From the NCBI GenBank assembly GCA_035084275.1, contig CM068748.1, forward strand, positions 5,704,001 to 5,768,000: 64,000 nucleotides of DNA. The letters run 5' to 3'. This DNA comes from Hydrolagus colliei (Eukaryota). A model generated the notes under the pieces. That model saw nothing but the letters and a program-made list of their open reading frames with translations. It was not told where the DNA came from and did not search any database. Shown here piece after piece: positions 62,837 to 64,000 of the stretch. Each line of letters starts with the position of its first letter. The stretch's first letter is position 1. The translations under genes and the position numbers were made by a program.

Positions 62837-63036
62837 NNNNNNNNNNNNNNNNNNNNNNNNNNNNNNNNNNNNNNNNNNNNNNNNNNNNNNNNNNNNNNNN
62901 NNNNNNNNNNNNNNNNNNNNNNNNNNNNNNNNNNNNNNNNNNNNNNNNNNNNNNNNNNNNNNNNNNNNNNNNNNNNNNNNNNNNNNNNNNNNNNNNNNNN
63001 NNNNNNNNNNNNNNNNNNNNNNNNNNNNNNNNNNNN
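62837..63036. other. Assembly gap of 200 N inside NKX6-2; probably hides exon 2 (homeobox helices 1-2)
   Basis: Exactly 200 N. No sequence encoding RPTFSGQQIFALEK was found between exons 1 and 3. Confidence 0.9.
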
Positions 63037-63109
63037 TCCCCCACTCTCTATCCCTGCACAAAATAATTACAACATAGCGATTGATAGATTTTTTTTAGAT
63101 ATACAGTCT

Positions 63110-63112
<3 letters not shown>

Positions 63113-63142
<30 letters not shown>
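63113..63142. repeat. (TA)n microsatellite in NKX6-2 intron 1
   Basis: Directly visible. Confidence 0.9.
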
Positions 63143-63144
<2 letters not shown>

Positions 63145-63394
63145 TAAAACAACGGGGAGCGACGTTAGTTAGTTAGTGACTGAAAACCAAGGTGGGAGAA
63201 TTGGGGCTGGTAAATAGTCAAAGAGTAAAAAAAAAGCGTCCCTGTGTCCCCCCCTACCCCCCCCCCCCGACCCCCACTCCCCCCCCCCCCCCCGCCCCCC
63301 CCCACTCCCCCCACACACAAAAAAAAATAAAAGAAATACAACTCACGAGTTATTTGATTTAGTAAAAATAACAAGGTGGTCGGACAGCACGTAC

Positions 63395-63833
63395 TTGGAC
63401 AGGCGAGCCTGGGGTCTCTCCACGGGAACCCTGCATCATTCCCGGCCAAAAGATGGGAGGTCTGCCCGGCAGCTCGGCCAGGGGTTTGGGATACCTGGAG
63501 GCGGCGGCGGCGGCGGCGGCGGCGGCGGCCTGTCGGGTTAAAATACATCCCGGCCGAGCTGGCAAGTCCGTTGAGCCGAGGAGTCCGAGAGAGCAGATTG
63601 CCGGCGGTGATCGGTCGCCTAAGATGTCGCTAATCCCGTGCGGGGTTCCCAGTGGGAACTGTCCGTTCAGAGTGGCCAGAGAAGGGGCTTTGAAGGTGCC
63701 CTGCGAGCTCTGCAGAGAGTAAGGGAACAGGGACGTCCTTCATCTCGGTCATGTTGTGGAGCGCAGCCAGCGGCGTGCTGCTCAGGACGAAAGCACTTTG
63801 GCGATTAGTATCCATCTGCCCGACGGCTAACAT
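63395..63833 (-). CDS. NKX6-2: NKX6-2 exon 1, frameshifted in this sequence: [41 protein letters not shown]...[13 protein letters not shown]...[33 protein letters not shown]
   Basis: Stitching the three frames restores the NKX6-2 N-terminus, including the eh1/TN motif TPHGISDIL and PIFWPG. The phase-1 donor CCA A|gtacgt is at 63394. About six 1-nt indels must be assumed. Confidence 0.85.
63500..63529 (-). repeat. (GCC)10 coding repeat giving a 10-residue polyalanine tract in NKX6-2
   Basis: Perfect (GGC)10 on the plus strand, immediately before [10 protein letters not shown]. Confidence 0.85.
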
Positions 63834-64000
63834 TTGATCTGCTCATAGATGGATGGACGACGAACCCACCAGTTAAGGCAAAGAGATGCCGAGAGACCGT
63901 GGAAGTGGGTGGGGGGGGGGTGGGTTTGTGGTGGGGTGGGTAAGAGGAGGGAGGGGAGGGTTGGGGGGGGGGGGGGGGGGGGAGAAGGAGGTGGGGGGGG

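Noticed and set aside
63165-63722. Poly-Arg, poly-Gly and plus-strand poly-Ala ORFs
   Set aside because: They are alternative-frame or antisense readings of NKX6-2 exon 1 and of low-complexity G/C runs.
61730-63833. Assignment of the homeobox gene to NKX6-1 or NKX6-3
   Set aside because: MDTNR, TSLFPY, PWRDPRL, the short N-terminal region and adjacency to INPP5A all fit NKX6-2.
1-64000. CRISPR arrays, operons or prokaryotic defence systems
   Set aside because: The sequence is spliced vertebrate DNA; the recurring repeats are dispersed SINE/LINE tails, not regularly spaced arrays.

Overview
Vertebrate genomic DNA, AT-rich and mostly intronic. The repeat content (Deu-type SINEs, shark-type CR1 3' ends, L2) points to a cartilaginous fish; this is inference. 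The window holds the 3' half of INPP5A (type I inositol-1,4,5-trisphosphate 5-phosphatase, + strand): seven coding exons from 12847 to 56128 ending in the CCVVQ CAAX box, plus a terminal exon. Tail-to-tail with it lies the homeobox gene NKX6-2 (- strand). Its exon 1 (63833-63395) has about six 1-nt indels, exon 2 is missing and probably lies in the 200-N gap, and exon 3 is at 61984-61730. The introns contain tRNA-headed SINEs, L2 and CR1 LINE fragments (several nested), a Tc1/mariner-pogo-type MITE, possible ancient repeats and candidate conserved enhancers. Most ORFs in the supplied track are spurious. I found no clearly new multi-gene system. The most interesting signal is an internal 5' splice site in the last INPP5A coding exon that would swap the prenylated CAAX tail for a GKRCQRNEKIFREPAL* tail encoded in the apparent 3'UTR exon. 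Next come the covarying 3' hairpin shared by the SINE and LINE families, a 53-bp retro-insertion with a 9-bp TSD, and a possible highly decayed Gypsy pol fossil.
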